Assembly (NCBI GenBank): GCA_016748015.1
Contig: JAAOMT010000479.1
Coordinates: 120,332-184,331 of the forward strand
Length of the DNA stretch: 64,000 nt
Reading direction: 5' to 3'
Source of the DNA: Geosiphon pyriformis uo1
Lineage: Eukaryota; Fungi; Glomeromycota
The notes beneath the pieces are model-generated. The model saw only the letters and a list, made by a program, of their open reading frames with translations, searched no databases and had not been told where the DNA came from. The position numbers and the translations under genes are program-made. Shown piece after piece: positions 1 to 13,836 of this stretch. The first letter of the stretch is position 1. Every line of letters starts with the position of its first letter.

Positions 1-3000
1 TACTTTAGCAATAACTTCAACAACAACTACAATAACAACAATCATTATCATTAGTACCAATGGCTTATGCTCCAATTGCCAAACTCGAAAAAGTCACTAA
101 TGAAGAAGACAATGTCCAAGTATGACTCAATAACATAGAAAAAGCCATCATTGTTAATAGATGGGATGACACCAGAGCATTATAAGCAATTCCATATTTT
201 CTTCAGAATACTGCTAATTTATGGTATCAAAGTCTGATTCAGAAATCCCAAGATTTTAATACATTTAAAGTTGAATTTTTGAGATATTTTAATAACAATA
301 ATAGCATTAATCATCTAGCCAATATTTTTACTATTATCAAACAAAAAAAAAACTGAAGCAGTTACCATTTATCTAGAATGCTTCTACAGAAATCTGTGCC
401 AAATACAAACAATTGACATAGATTACTTTACAGTACCACAGATCTTGAATCAATTCATATAAGACCTACATAACAGTTTATTATAATGAGTATGTATAAT
501 ACACCCAAATATACTTTAAAACACAGTTATCTACACCAAAAACTTTGAATCAACTAAATTAGAAGCCAATCATACACAAGCTATAAATCTAGTAATAAAC
601 AGATCATCTGACTTGGACTCAAAATTAAAACAGTTTAGCAATTCAATTAATCAGAAATTAGAAAGATACTTAGCTAACAACAATTAAGTAATATATTAAC
701 TATCACAACATTATGACAATTCCAGAGCTTTTAATAAGTACCAAAATCAGTCACATCCTATATCATTGTCAAATTGTCAATTGTGGCAACAAGAGACACA
801 TATCTGCGACAATTGTTGTAAACAAAGTCACATCAAGATTAACTGTCATGTCAAAATTAATAATTAATAATCGGGAAATCAACATTAAAACTCCAATTGC
901 TGATTTTCAACTCTGAATTACCAGCCAAATAAAAATCTGTATCAACTCTATTACATTCCAATAACACAACAAGCAATATACTTACCACCAAATTATCAAA
1001 CTTTAATACTAGTGATATATCAACTGCAGTCACAGGTCATTTATTAATCCCAACAATTCCAAACACTACCACAAAATCCAGTTTAAATATCTGAAAATCT
1101 AAGACTGAGAATTATTCGTACCTAACAAAACTATTTAAGTCTCCTGGTTATTCCAGAAAACACCAAACTCAGCAAACAGAAACTCAATCAAACCCAACTA
1201 CTTACCAATAATATATCTTTAGCAATTATTACTAAAAATAAATTACTTATCATCATCTTCCCCTTTGAACTGAAAAAACCAGTCAAAATGTTGCTATTTA
1301 ATAGAGCTGCTCTGGAATCAAAACTCATTACTACAATATATACCAATACCAAAGTTGATAGAAAGTTTATGAAACTAATCCTAAACAGTAGATTAGCTGG
1401 CAGCATCATTACATAACAACTCATGAACCAATTAAGTTGCTGAGTTGATCATACTATCAGTGTTAGAATTATTATTACTAATAAAATGACAAAAACGTTC
1501 ATTGATAAGATTGATGACTTTCTATTTGAAGTCAATAGCATTATCACACTTATAGAAGTCCTTATCATAGAAGCCACACAGTATCAAGCTCTAGTTAGTA
1601 ATGACTGGCTGTTTAAGACCAATGCCATACTTAATTGAATTACCCAAGAATTACAACTAAGCCAGAATAGTCAGAACATTTAAGTATCAGCCACTTGTGG
1701 TCATTTCAAGACTACCACCAATTAACAACTGCTAATTGAATTTGAAGAAAAAGAAAAAAAATCTACCTAAGAAATGTATTAGATATTATGGGCTGAGAAA
1801 AAACACAATAAATTACTACCAGTATTTACATAAAAAGAAAAAAGAAAAGGGAAGAAAAAAGAAGAAAAAAACTCCAGGCAACTACTTTCACATATATCTT
1901 ATATATCACTGCTACTCAATACCAATCAAACTATCATTGACCAAAACTAATTTGCATTGATTGTGGCAAAAAATTGTCAACAATGGATGCATGTTGTGGT
2001 GATAATAAAAAATAGCCAATAGTAACAAAATATTACTGTTACCCATGTATTCTTAAACACTTTGGATAACCAAAAAGACAAAACAAATAAGACAATGAAT
2101 TTTGTTTTACATGTGGAACAATTCTTTCTGATGAAAGAGTGTGAAACAACATTTTTGGATGAGGGGGAATGTGTGATAAAATATGTTAGTACACAATTTT
2201 AATCAATAATTGGGTACAAAAAAGGACTCCAATTAATAATGCCTGAAAACAAGCACTATAATGCCTGAAAGTACCTATATAATGAACATAAAATCTGAAG
2301 AATAACAAGTGCCAAAATTAAAGGTGCTTTTCTCAACAAACTGCTGAAAATTAAGAATAATTCATTCACATTACTCAAACCAGAATACATTCTTACTTTT
2401 GACATCTTTGATAATGTTGAGAATAATTTAGAACACTTTTATGAACACTATTAAAATCTGGCATCTATACAAGAAAAGCAAAAACAGCATTTAGAAAAGC
2501 TAAAAACCTAACTATATAATTATTGTTTAATACCATGTGACTTTCAGTATTATAATGATTGTGATCTTATTTACAATTTACCACCACAAATAATCTATTT
2601 GATCTCTAAAAAAAAAGAACCAATCAGCAAATATACAGCAAAATCAGGATCAAAATTCAATCTCAATTCAAACTCTAATAATGATGACAATTATAATCTT
2701 AACTTTGTTTAAAATGACAATAACAACAACATTAATATGGACTCCAATTCAAACTCAGAACAATATATTACACTCCCAGATTTTTCAAAGGAGCAAGAAC
2801 TCAAATTGTTCAGCAATAATGATGAAGATATTATGCCAGAACATGTGCATAATATTAATACAGGATTTGATTTTAGATATCTCAGAAAAGTTGCCATCAA
2901 ATTAGAACTACATTCACACACTTATATAGATCTGAAATTAGCAATGGAAATACTGGCAACAACTATGGTTCAATTAGCATCTAGATTTAGTTTAGTGAAA

Positions 3001-4520
3001 AAAAAAATCAACATCAGAAAAGAAATAATTGATGCAGGATACATAAGAAATATTATTGCAATGCTATAAAATAATTCAGAAAAACCATATATTATTAAAC
3101 CAAATAAAAAGATAGCACAAACAATATTCTTATCTTTGGTGAAAATAGTTCAGTCAGTGTTAATGGGAACAAAAAAAGAATTAGGAATCACAGCCAGAGA
3201 AAAAAATAGATTTGGATCCATAAGTAGAATAGATATACTAGTTAATATAGCAGAGAAAAAAGTTATTGACAAGAGAAAAATTATCTCCATCTATCAATTA
3301 ATTTCTATTCTATTATATGACCAGTATTTAATAGTTATAGAAAAGAAAATAGAAGATCAGTTCTAGATTTTTGAAACAAAAGCTATTATTTATGAATTAG
3401 GAAAGATTGCTATTATCAATTTCTACATACTAGCTAAAAATAACAAACACATCAAGATTCCTATTTACAACACAATTGAAAACACTATTGAAATATTAAA
3501 CAAAACTACCATTGAATATTTGAGCACTGAAGTTGAAGACCAACTATTAAAGACCATTCCAGATTTTTCACAACTTTGCAAATATGTGGATATCACATCA
3601 CAAACAATATATGGACAAAAGAAATGTTATTTACTTTAATCAAAACAATTAGAACAAATGAACTTGAGAAACCTAGACTTACTTCAATAAATACAGTTCA
3701 AGATATTGCTTAACAATTTCACTGACATCTTTGCCAGTAAAAATGAATTTGGCAGAACTAACATTATCTAGTACCAGATCAAGACGAAAAATACAATGCC
3801 AATTAAACAAAGAGCATATAAAGTACTATCAGCCAGCCATAAAATCATCTGACAGAAAATCAATCAAATATTAGACAATAGGTTAATTTAATCATCAATG
3901 AGTTTATAGTTATTATTAGTAGCACTAGTCTATAAAAAGAATAGGAAAATTTGTTTTTGTGTAGATTATAAAAAACTCAATAGTATTACTCAGGAAGACA
4001 ACTATTTGACTTCACAGATTCAGAAATTGTTTGACATTTTTGGAAAAAAGAAATGGTTTTCAATATTAGATCTAGATAATAGTTACTAGCAAGTAGCTAT
4101 AAAACCAGAAAACAAAGAGAAAACTGTATTTACTACAAAAGAAAAGAATTTTAAATTTGAAGTAATGCTATTTGGTTTAACCAATACACCAGTTATTTTT
4201 CAACAACTTATGGAAATTATTTATATAGGACTACTATAAAAATTAATAGTTGTGTATTTAAATGATATCAACATATTTTCAAAGATATTTGATGATCATC
4301 TTTATTATCTACAGCAAGTATTCAAAAGACTAAAATAAGCAGTACTAAAGCTAAATACTATCAAATACTTATTTGGCAAAACAGAATTGAAATTCTTGGA
4401 ATATATTATAATCAAAAATAACATCAAAACAGATCCAAATAAAATTGAAATAGTTAAAAACTTTTCAGTATTAACAAATCTTACAGAATTAAGAATATTC
4501 TTGGAATTTGCTGGGTATTA

Positions 4521-6353
4521 TAGTCAGGAAGATTTTAAATTTCATAGATCAATTCTAGAATAATTCACAAAAAATTCTTGTAATCTAATTGGTGTTCAGT
4601 ATTATTAGCATAAAAAATTTGATAATACTTTATTGATCAAATACTTCAAATAAAAATCGAAATTAACAATAGAAACATACTTTTATAAACACAAAGTTTC
4701 AAAATTCATAAGAATCTACACAACTTTATATAGTAGTTTTTTATTAAATTGGATTTAAAATTATATCTTGCTTTATAATAAATGCCAAAAACTTACCCTG
4801 TTTATTTGAATCTCTTACCACTGAATATGACAAAAGTCAATTAGTAAAATGTAAGACCAAAGAAAATCAAAGATAGCAACATGTATTAGTTAGTGTTGCA
4901 GCAAAAAAAATAATGGAAATAACTAAGTATCTTCTTAGATTAATTATATTACTTAACTCTCTAAACAATTACTTTTTATGTGAAAGACATTATAATCAGA
5001 TTGTTGTTAAAAAGTCTTTTATTAAATGAATTCTAAATCAAATGATTCAACTTTTTTAAATTTAAAAAAAAACAGAAAGAAAAAGACCAAAACTTTCTAA
5101 TGATAACAAATTGTTAGAATTAGAAAAAACTTTTTCTGATTTTGGAGTTCAAATATTTTTGTCAGATCCAATATATGAAGTTCATATAAAACGGATACAG
5201 AAGTTAGAAGATATCAATCAGCAATTATTATCTGAGAATGCAACATTAAAGAAGCAATTAGATGAAGTATTTAATAATCAACAAAATTATATTAAATCCA
5301 TAACAGAAATTGTTAAAAGGGAATGAAATAATTTGTATAATGATATAATAAGTTTGAAAAAAAATCATGAACATTTTAGTCTAGATAGTCTTTTAAAGTA
5401 TTGTCTTTTAACATGGTTTGCAAAACAAAATCCAGTCATTGTAAGATTTATTGAAACTTTTACTCATGATAAAAATAAATATCAAAATGAAAAAGAAAAG
5501 CTTTTTAAGTATATTGTAGCAGTTGATACTATATATAGATCAAGGCACTTAAAATATGTTTCTGCTATTAATTTAGCCACTTCAGTGATCAAATATTCAG
5601 TAGCAAGATCGAAAATGGTCATTGATATTAATAATCATATTATAAATTCCAGTTGCTATAAAAAGTTTACTAACTAGTTAGAAAGTTTGGCTATAGAACA
5701 GTCAAAACTTCCCAAAAAATTTTTATTTTTAGCTTTTAACAATGAACAAAAAGGTCAAAAAAATTACTTAGTTGATATAAAAACGTATTTATTGGGTATA
5801 TATTGAAATCCTCATACTCTGAATTTTATTACTGGTTATATTTCTTTTTTTAAGGAAAAATAAATTTGAATTCCATTCCCAGTTGATTTGCTTAAGCAAT
5901 GTCTTATTAACAAACTTGTTCCCAGAGAATCCTATTGAACCATTATTCTCACTTGTAGATCTGTTAATTCTTTCTCCCAATACAGAGAAAAAGTAATCTC
6001 ATTAGCTAAAGTTTGATCCAGAGTAACTTCATTGATATCTGCAGCAACAGTTTTTAAAGCACTACTAGTTTTTGAAGCACTACTAGTCTCCAAAGCACCA
6101 AAAGCAGCAGTATTGTATTATATATCAATTATTATTAAAACTCTTATAATACCTGCAAACAACAAGCCAAATATAATAGTTCTATTATTGTCTTCTGATA
6201 GCAGTGGCAACTTATAAAGAAGAAAAATAATTGAATGTTATAATATTTTAGAAATTTTGTTTGTTTTACAATTGTTTCCAGAAACTTCTCTAATATTTTT
6301 TACTACCATAAAAAAATGATTTCTTTTAACAAATTGGGAAATTTTCCTGACTG
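4521..6353 (+). mobile_element. Internally deleted TIR DNA transposon inserted in the RT of copy A
   Basis: Left end TAGTCAGGAAGATTT vs reverse complement of right end CAGTCAGGAAAATTT; flanked by TATTA at 4516-4520 and 6354-6358; removing it restores RT ...FAGYYCQFI*NFSK. Confidence 0.88.
4825..5770 (+). pseudogene. Truncated putative transposase of the TIR element
   Basis: Collinear fragments LCERHYNQ (~4975-5000), ORFs 5111-5326 and 5333-5677, then FLAFNNEQKGQKNYL where the frame breaks off; lies between the TIRs. Confidence 0.6.
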
Positions 6354-8299
6354 TATTACTGTCAATTTATCTAGAATTTTTCCAAATTGGTCCAACCACT
6401 CTACTAGCTTCAAATAAAAAATGTAAAATATGAATAAACTAAAGCTCAGCAAAAAGCATTCGACATTCTAAGAAGAAAGTTCATTTAAGCACTAGTATTA
6501 ATCTATCCAGATCATAACAAGCCATTTATCATTACTATCAATGCATCTGGTCAAGCATTGAGAGCAGTACTATCTCAAAGAGAACTGGATAGACAAAAAT
6601 ATCTAGTCACATATGCCAGCCAAAGTTTGAGTTCAGCCAAAAAAAACTATAGAACATTAGTACTAGAACACTTAGCAATTTATTAGGCAGTCATCAAATA
6701 GAAAAAATACTTTAGCCAAAAATTTAACATATATACTAATCACAAAGGATTAACATCAATCTAGAAACAAAAATTTGGAGATAACTACCATGTCAGATAG
6801 AAAATAAAACTTTCACCATTCAAATATACAGTATATTATAAAAAAAAGGAAAAAAAAAGGAAATGCTAATAGTTTGTCATAAATAAGACAAATTTAAAAA
6901 CATTTCAACCCAAAAATATAACAAAAAATGAACACACAAAAATATTAACAACTTCAACATTATATTAAGACTTAATAGTTTAAAGAGAAATTATTTCAAA
7001 AAGAACAAAACAACATAAAACAACAAACAACAATATTTTATTACTCACCAAAATATATTATATCAGAAAAATAGAAAGGATCCAAATTAACCACTCAGAG
7101 TAATCACAGAAGCAGAAAAAGAAACAATATTATACAGCATGCACTCAGATTTAACAGCAAAACATTTTCATAAAGAAGCAACTATAGAAAAAACCAAAAA
7201 AAAATATTATTAGTTATTAATATATTCAAATATTATTCAATTTGTCTAAAATTGTGATGTTTGTCAGAAAAGAGAAAGAACAAGACTCAGTAAACCACTA
7301 AGACCAATTAAAATAGAACAACCATTTGATAGAATTGAAATTGACTTAGTTGGACTATTAACAATAACCAACAGAAGCAATTAGTACATAGCAGTAGCCA
7401 TAAACTATTTCACAAATTAGCCAAAAGTAAAAACAATTCAAAAAGCAAATGCAGAATCTGTAGCCGAATTTATTCATCAAGATTTGATTTGCCAACATAA
7501 ATGTCCAAAAAAATTGCTATTAAATCAAAGAACTCACTTTGTAAACAGAACATTAACAGAATTAAGCCAAAAATTTGGAATCAAGAAATTATTATTATCA
7601 TCATATCATTTACAAACAAACAGTTTAGTTGAAAAGTTCAACAGAATATTATGTAAAACAATTGCCAAAATCAGTCAAAAAGATCAGGATAAATAGGATT
7701 TGTTAATATTATTAGTATTATTTGCTTATGAGACAATAAAGCAAAATATTACACAAGCAACACCATTTGAATTTGTTTATGATAGAACAGCAACATTACT
7801 AGTTGAGATAGAAATCAACACATATCTAACTAAACCAATAACAGAAGACAATTTTCAAGACACATTGTTGAAAAGAACATATGACTTAATAGAAACTCTA
7901 GAAAACAAACAAAAAAAAGCAGTTGATAACATTCAAAGATTACAAAAAAAACAAAAAAAATGACATGATAACCAATTACCAGATAAACCAGTTGAATTCA
8001 AAATTAAAAACAAAGTACTTTTATATTGTATTAAAGCAAAAAAACAATAGAATAGAAAATTTGATCCCAAATGAGATAGACCATTTTACATTAAAAAATT
8101 TCTAGGAAATGGAGCTTACAAACTAAGATAAGACAACAAAATCTTAGCTAAAGCAGTATATAGAAATTGACTAAAACTATATCACAATACAGTATTAGCA
8201 TCTACTAGTAATATTCTACAACTGGAAATACAATGAATATTAGTTCAATCAAATAAGATTCTATGAAATCTGAAACCAATTATAGTTATCAATACAAAC

Positions 8300-9001
8300 A
8301 TGTCAAATTGATCAACCAAAATAATATATAAAGACATAATATATATAACCAAAAGCAACAATAAAAAGATGAAAATTACTAATAACATCTATTTATTTAC
8401 ACAACAACTATTTCAATTAATTCAACAAACAAATCTAAAAATCACAATTAATCAACAAATTATTTAGTACAAAGATAATAAAAAGAAAATTCAATACAAA
8501 GTACACAAAAAATTGGAAACCAATATAGACAAAATAATAGCAAAAATAAAGCTGTTAATAAAAACATTAAAAACAGTTATATCATACTAAAAAGTAACCA
8601 AAAAAACTTGGAACTGGTGGTTACAACAATTTTCAAGAAACTTTTGTTATTATTACTTAAAACAAAACCTAAATATTTAAAACTTATATACAGACAAAAC
8701 TAAATAATCATTTAATACAACAATATTACAACAACTTGAACAATTTGTGAAAAAAAACAGTCTGTTTATACAGACATGAGTTATATATTGGCTACACACA
8801 GAATTTTAAGATCAACCAGCAATACTACTTAATTCAATGATGAATACAGTTATTATCAACCAATTAGAAAAAATAACCAATGCCAAATTTGAAAAATTGC
8901 AGATCAAAATAACTCAAATAATTCTTGAAAAAGAAGTTTAAGAGTTAATTAAAGAAAGAGAGTTAAGAAATATAAGAGATTTCAATAGAGTTCAATATTA
9001 A
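8300..9001 (+). pseudogene. Accessory 3' ORF (ORF3) of copy A, unknown function
   Basis: ATG at 8300 at the integrase C-terminus; ends DFNRVQY* immediately before the PPT; homologous to ORF3 of B, C and D. Confidence 0.8.
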
Positions 9002-9014
9002 AAGAAGAAGATAA

Positions 9015-9918
9015 TATTACTTATAGAATATAGAAATCATATATTAATACATAAATTAGCCAATTAAAATAAGATATAGTAAAAGTGGAATTCCAAGATT
9101 CCTTTCAGAAAAATTGCAGGATTCCAAAATTATAGAATTCCAGTATGAAGAATTATAGAATTCCAAAATTCCAAAATTTTTCTTAGGCAATTACAGGATT
9201 CCAAAAATTCCAGAATTTTTGACTAGAAAATTGAGAAATTCAAGAAATTTTATATAACAAAATTATGTATATATAACAGTAGTATTAGAAGCAAAAAAAA
9301 CAGAATTCCTCAACTAGAATTCTTTGTTTAGAATACTCAGTTTCAATTTCTATCTATTCTTTTATATAATAATATTCTATAATTTAAAGTAAAGACATCA
9401 AATATTAATAAAATACTTGTTATTATCACAATTTATCTTTCTGCTATTAGCTATTTATGTTAATAATTACTAATACTTAACTATACTGGACCAATAACTC
9501 TTAATCATAACTATTGACAGGATACTAAATTTTCTTGCTTTGGCTTATTTTTTTATTTTTTTTTTATTTTTTTTTATTTTTTTTGTTGTTTATTTATTAA
9601 ATTGATTAAAAAAAATTAATGTGCAGAGTACTGGCATCAAAATATAATACTGGTAAAAGATCCAAAAATAAGAGTAGATATTCAAAATTGAGGATAGCTT
9701 ACTAAAAGATTGTTGGCCACCAAGCCAAGAAAAAAATTGACAGAATTGCAATTCCAAAAGACAACTAAAAACAACTTTTGAATTTTTGTCTATTATACAA
9801 AGAACTTAATTAAAACTTTTAGATTAAAATCTTTAGATATTACCAATAATATTAGCTATTGAGCACCAAGTTATGGGTTTGTTATTTGTTTCCAGACCCC
9901 AAATAATTACCTGTAACA
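9015..9918 (+). repeat. 3' LTR of copy A
   Basis: TATTAC (decayed TGTTAC)...GTAACA; GGAATTCC-type U3 repeats 9085-9250, TATATATA ~9270, AATAAA ~9407, hairpin module 9443-9527, T-tract 9545-9590. Confidence 0.92.
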
Positions 9919-12211
9919 ACATCTTCTTGGATGTTTCTGTTAATTAGAATTATAGTCAATTCATAGATTATTTCATCATTATGTAAGTAATAGTAGAGTT
10001 TGTTAAAAATATTGTTATATGCTATATCAAAAAAGGTTTCTCTTTTTACTTTTTTAGCAATTGAAAATGCATATTGACAGATTTAATTACAGACTTTTTT
10101 TCTTATTGCAACATTAATCCAGTTGCATTTTTTTGATAACATTTTTCCATATATAAAATATGGAGTGTTGTTCTATTTTCTACTTTGTTTAGAGTATTCA
10201 AATCGTTTTCTATGGCATACTTTACAAAAATAACAGATGTGTATTTCATATTCCTCTTTTAAAAATATATATACTCCCATTAATGAAAATTTTTTATTGC
10301 AGTCTTTATATTTTAGTGGAATATAAGATGATTGTTTCTGTAGTTCTGGTGTAAAATATCTAACAACATTTCATCTTTTGGTTTCTTTAAAAATTTTTTG
10401 TTCTATTTCTTTGGCCCAATTAAATGTTAATCCAAGAGCCATGTACATTTTAATAATTAATATTTTTTTTTCAAATTCAAATACTAGAGCTTTTTCAGAT
10501 TATTTGTTAAAAATACTACATATAACAAGTATTTGGATATATTGTTCTTGGTATAAAATTTTTAATTTTTGTGTTTTCCAGTCTAAGTTTGCATTGATTT
10601 TAAGAAGCCAATTGTTTTTGACAAGAACTTAGTATTGGGATGTATTTATAACAAAAACTTTAATTGAAATAATGATCTCATTAATTGTGAAAAAGAAGTT
10701 GTCAATTTTTTTTACTGAGGTCTTTTTCATATTATTTGCAATAACAATGACTGTCTGGGCAGATCTGTCAACAGTTTGTTAAAACTGTTGTATTAGTTGG
10801 TAGGTAATAATATTACCAACAGATCTGCTGTCCAAAATCAATTAAATTGGTTTTTCTTCAACTTTAGCTTCAATATACATTGTTGTAATTACTTTTTGTT
10901 TATTGACTGCTATATTACTAAGTAAAGATAATGATTTATTGGCTTTAAATTCGAATGAAAATATATCTGAAAAATTGGCATTTTAAACAATTTAGGCTAG
11001 TAAAATATTATTGTTGAAAGAGTTTGATCTTGGTGCTATAGCTTTATTTTCAAAAAGTGCAGTTTGTTGAAAATCTAGTTCTTTAAATATTGTTAAATAA
11101 CTGAGTTGAATATAATAGTGATTGGGTTTTTGTTGACCAGAATTTTAGGAAACTAACTGGTTGTTTGAATTGATTCTGTTGTTGTTACTCTAAAGCAATT
11201 TTAAGATATAAATTGGTTTTGTTAAACTAATTTTTAAGCAAATACTTAATATTATTAAATAAATGGTGTTTGATATTGCTAAATTAGTAAAAGTTGCAAT
11301 TATTGCTGCTGTATTAGTTATGGAGTAGATTAATAGTAACTGTTTTGCTTTTGTGGTCTTAATAGATAATAAGTTGATAATAAAGATTAATAATAGAATT
11401 GCTAAAATTGAAAATAATGTTGATTATTCTTTTGCTGTTGGTCTTTTTGTATTTTTCAGCAATCTCATTTTTAATGTCCTAGAATTCCACAATAAAAACA
11501 GTCTTGAAGTTGATTTTTAAATAATGATAATAAAAAACTGCTTTGGTTTTATTGTTGTAAAGATTAATATCTTTGTTGTTGCTGCTGTTGTTGTTAATTA
11601 CTAAAAAAGTTTTCAACTTTTTTGGTGAGTTGGTCAATTTTTTCTTCAGCTGCTAAGCTGGTTTCTCCAATTGCAAAATTCACAAGTTTTGTTCAGTTGG
11701 CTTTTTTTATAGCTATTTCATAATTTTTTGCATATCAAATAGCAGTAGTTAGGTTTTTTGAAGCATGTGAGCAGATTTTTTTGATCAATTTATCTTTTAA
11801 TTCTGCAATAAATTAATCTAATATCTTGGTATTGAAATAATAGTTATTTGTTTTTAATTGTCAAATTTATCAGAGAAGTTTGTTGAACTTTCTAAGATAA
11901 GTTATAACAGTTTTAGATGATACTTATTTGATATTGTAAAAGCAATTTTGGAGAGTAATAAAAGTGTTATTATCAATAAATTGCTCTAAGAAAGCATTTT
12001 TGAATGCTTGCCAGTTTTCAAAAGATTTAGTTAGATTTTTAAACTATTTTCCTGTTGTTTTTTAGAGAAAGTATAGAATTGCTTTTAGTATTTTTGCTGT
12101 ATTTTATCTGTTTGCATCTTCTGCTTTTTGGATTTTGTCAAGCCATTTCTGAGAACTGGTATTAGTATTTTTTTCTGTAAATTCAATAATTTATGCAATA
12201 TAGATAACTGT

Positions 12212-13109
12212 TGTTACAGATGATTATTTGGGGTTTCAAATCAAATAACAAATTTGTAACTTGGTGCTTAATAATTAAATTATATTGGTAATATCTGAAG
12301 GTTTTATGATCTGAAGGTTTTGGTTAAAGTTCTTTGTATAATAAACAGAAATTCAATAATTGTGTTAATAGCCTTTTGGAATTACAATTCCATTCAATTT
12401 CTGTTTTTAACATAGTAACCAGTTTATTTTGGTAGTTGTGCTCTTCTAGTAAGCTATTTTTAAATTTTTAAACTCTATACTTTCCCTTTGAGATCTTTTA
12501 TTAGGCTATCTTTAATGTCAATAACTCAGCACTTAATTTTTAATCAATTAGTAAACAACAAAAAAATAAAATCAAAAAAATAAAATATAAATCAAGGTAA
12601 TAAAATTAGTATCACATTAATAGCCATGATCAAGAGCTATTGTTCTAGTGTGATTAAGTATCAGCAGCTATTAACATAAAGTATTGATAGTTGGAGTTTA
12701 ATAAATATTTTTTAATCAAATGATGACAACATGAATTAGATATAGATAAGTGTTTTATTGATATTTTGATGATTTTACTTTAGTAGATATGAACTATTTT
12801 TAAAGTAATTAATAAATAGATAAGAAAAGAAATCTGAACTAAGAGGTCTATTTTTTTCTGTTTCTAATGCTACTACTATATATACATAATTTTCTTTACA
12901 TGAAAAATTCTTTTTCTTTGCTTAATTTCCTGAAACATTCAAGATTTCCTGAAAAATTCTCAACTTTTCTGAAATATTTTGGATTTCCTGAAACATCTAA
13001 AATTTTCTGAAAAATTCTCTTTTTTTTTCTTCTATTTTAATTGGCTAATTTATAATCATGTGTTTTTTTTTTAAATTATGTATTATTTTTCTCTTTTCTA
13101 AGTGTAACA
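12212..13109 (-). repeat. 3' LTR of copy B
   Basis: TGTTACA...TGTAACA; purine tract on the minus strand at 13110-13125; matches 20065-20521. Confidence 0.92.
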
Positions 13110-13123
13110 TTATTTCTTTTTTT

Positions 13124-13836
13124 TTAATATTGGGCTTCATCAAAATCTCTTAATATTTCTTTTTGTAATAATTTCATAACTTCTTTTTCTAAGATTATTT
13201 TATCTATTTTTCTATAAAGTTTTTCAAACTGGCTGTTGGTCATTTTTCCCTATTGATTAGTAAATAAGCTACTGATTTTTGGTTGTAATAGTATTTCTGA
13301 ATAGTTATGAAAGATAGTGTATATTTAGTAGATAGTTTTGATGTATATACTCGAATTGGATTTCTTTTCAAGAAAGTTTTCTATGTCTTATATAATCTTT
13401 TGATCAAAGACTCTTCTGGTTTGATCTGTATACAAATTTTGGATCATTACTTTTTGTCTCAGATGCCAATAACAATATAAAACTGGAAATTGTTTTATCC
13501 ATTGATTCCAATTTCCTGTTGTCACTTCTCTTGGTTGAACAGTGACAGTTGGTTTTTTAAGAGCACTTTTCACTTTCTCAATAATTTTGTTAATATTATT
13601 GTTAATTCTTTTGTGTATTTGTTAATATGATGTAATATTTTTTCTTTTTTTTTTAGTGTTTTTATAGTAGATGGTTTGATAATTGATTGTTATTTCCATG
13701 TCTATTTGTTGTTAATTTATGGCCTAAAATAATTGTTGTGCTAGTTAGTAAATATGGTTTGGAATTTTCATTTTTTTGTTATTGTTGTCATATGCTTTGG
13801 TTTCTTATATATTGTTTTGGTAAATCAGATCAACAT
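13124..13836 (-). pseudogene. ORF3 of copy B
   Basis: Includes ORF 13388-13573 (NWNQWIKQFPVLYCYWHL); ends DFDEAQY*. Confidence 0.8.

Larger units (their letters stand above)
60..8297 (+). pseudogene. gag-pol polyprotein of copy A (Gag, aspartic protease, Cys-rich domain, dUTPase, RT, RNase H, integrase); many stops and frameshifts
   Basis: ORF fragments 2737-3069 (GFDFRY, LASRFS, IIDAGY = dUTPase motifs), 3136-3366 (RFGS), 7484-7963 (integrase core); collinear with the better-preserved copies C and D. Confidence 0.93.
1..9918 (+). mobile_element. Ty3/Gypsy LTR retrotransposon copy A (family 1; 5' end outside window; degenerate; inserted into element E; interrupted by a DNA transposon)
   Basis: gag MAYAPIAKLEK at 60, protease LILNSRLAGSII ~1375, dUTPase 2833-3225, RT 3795-4520 resuming at 6359, RNase H ~6500-6895, integrase ~7090-8290, extra ORF 8300-9001, purine tract 9001-9014, 3' LTR 9015-9918 ending TGTAACA. 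Confidence 0.95.
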
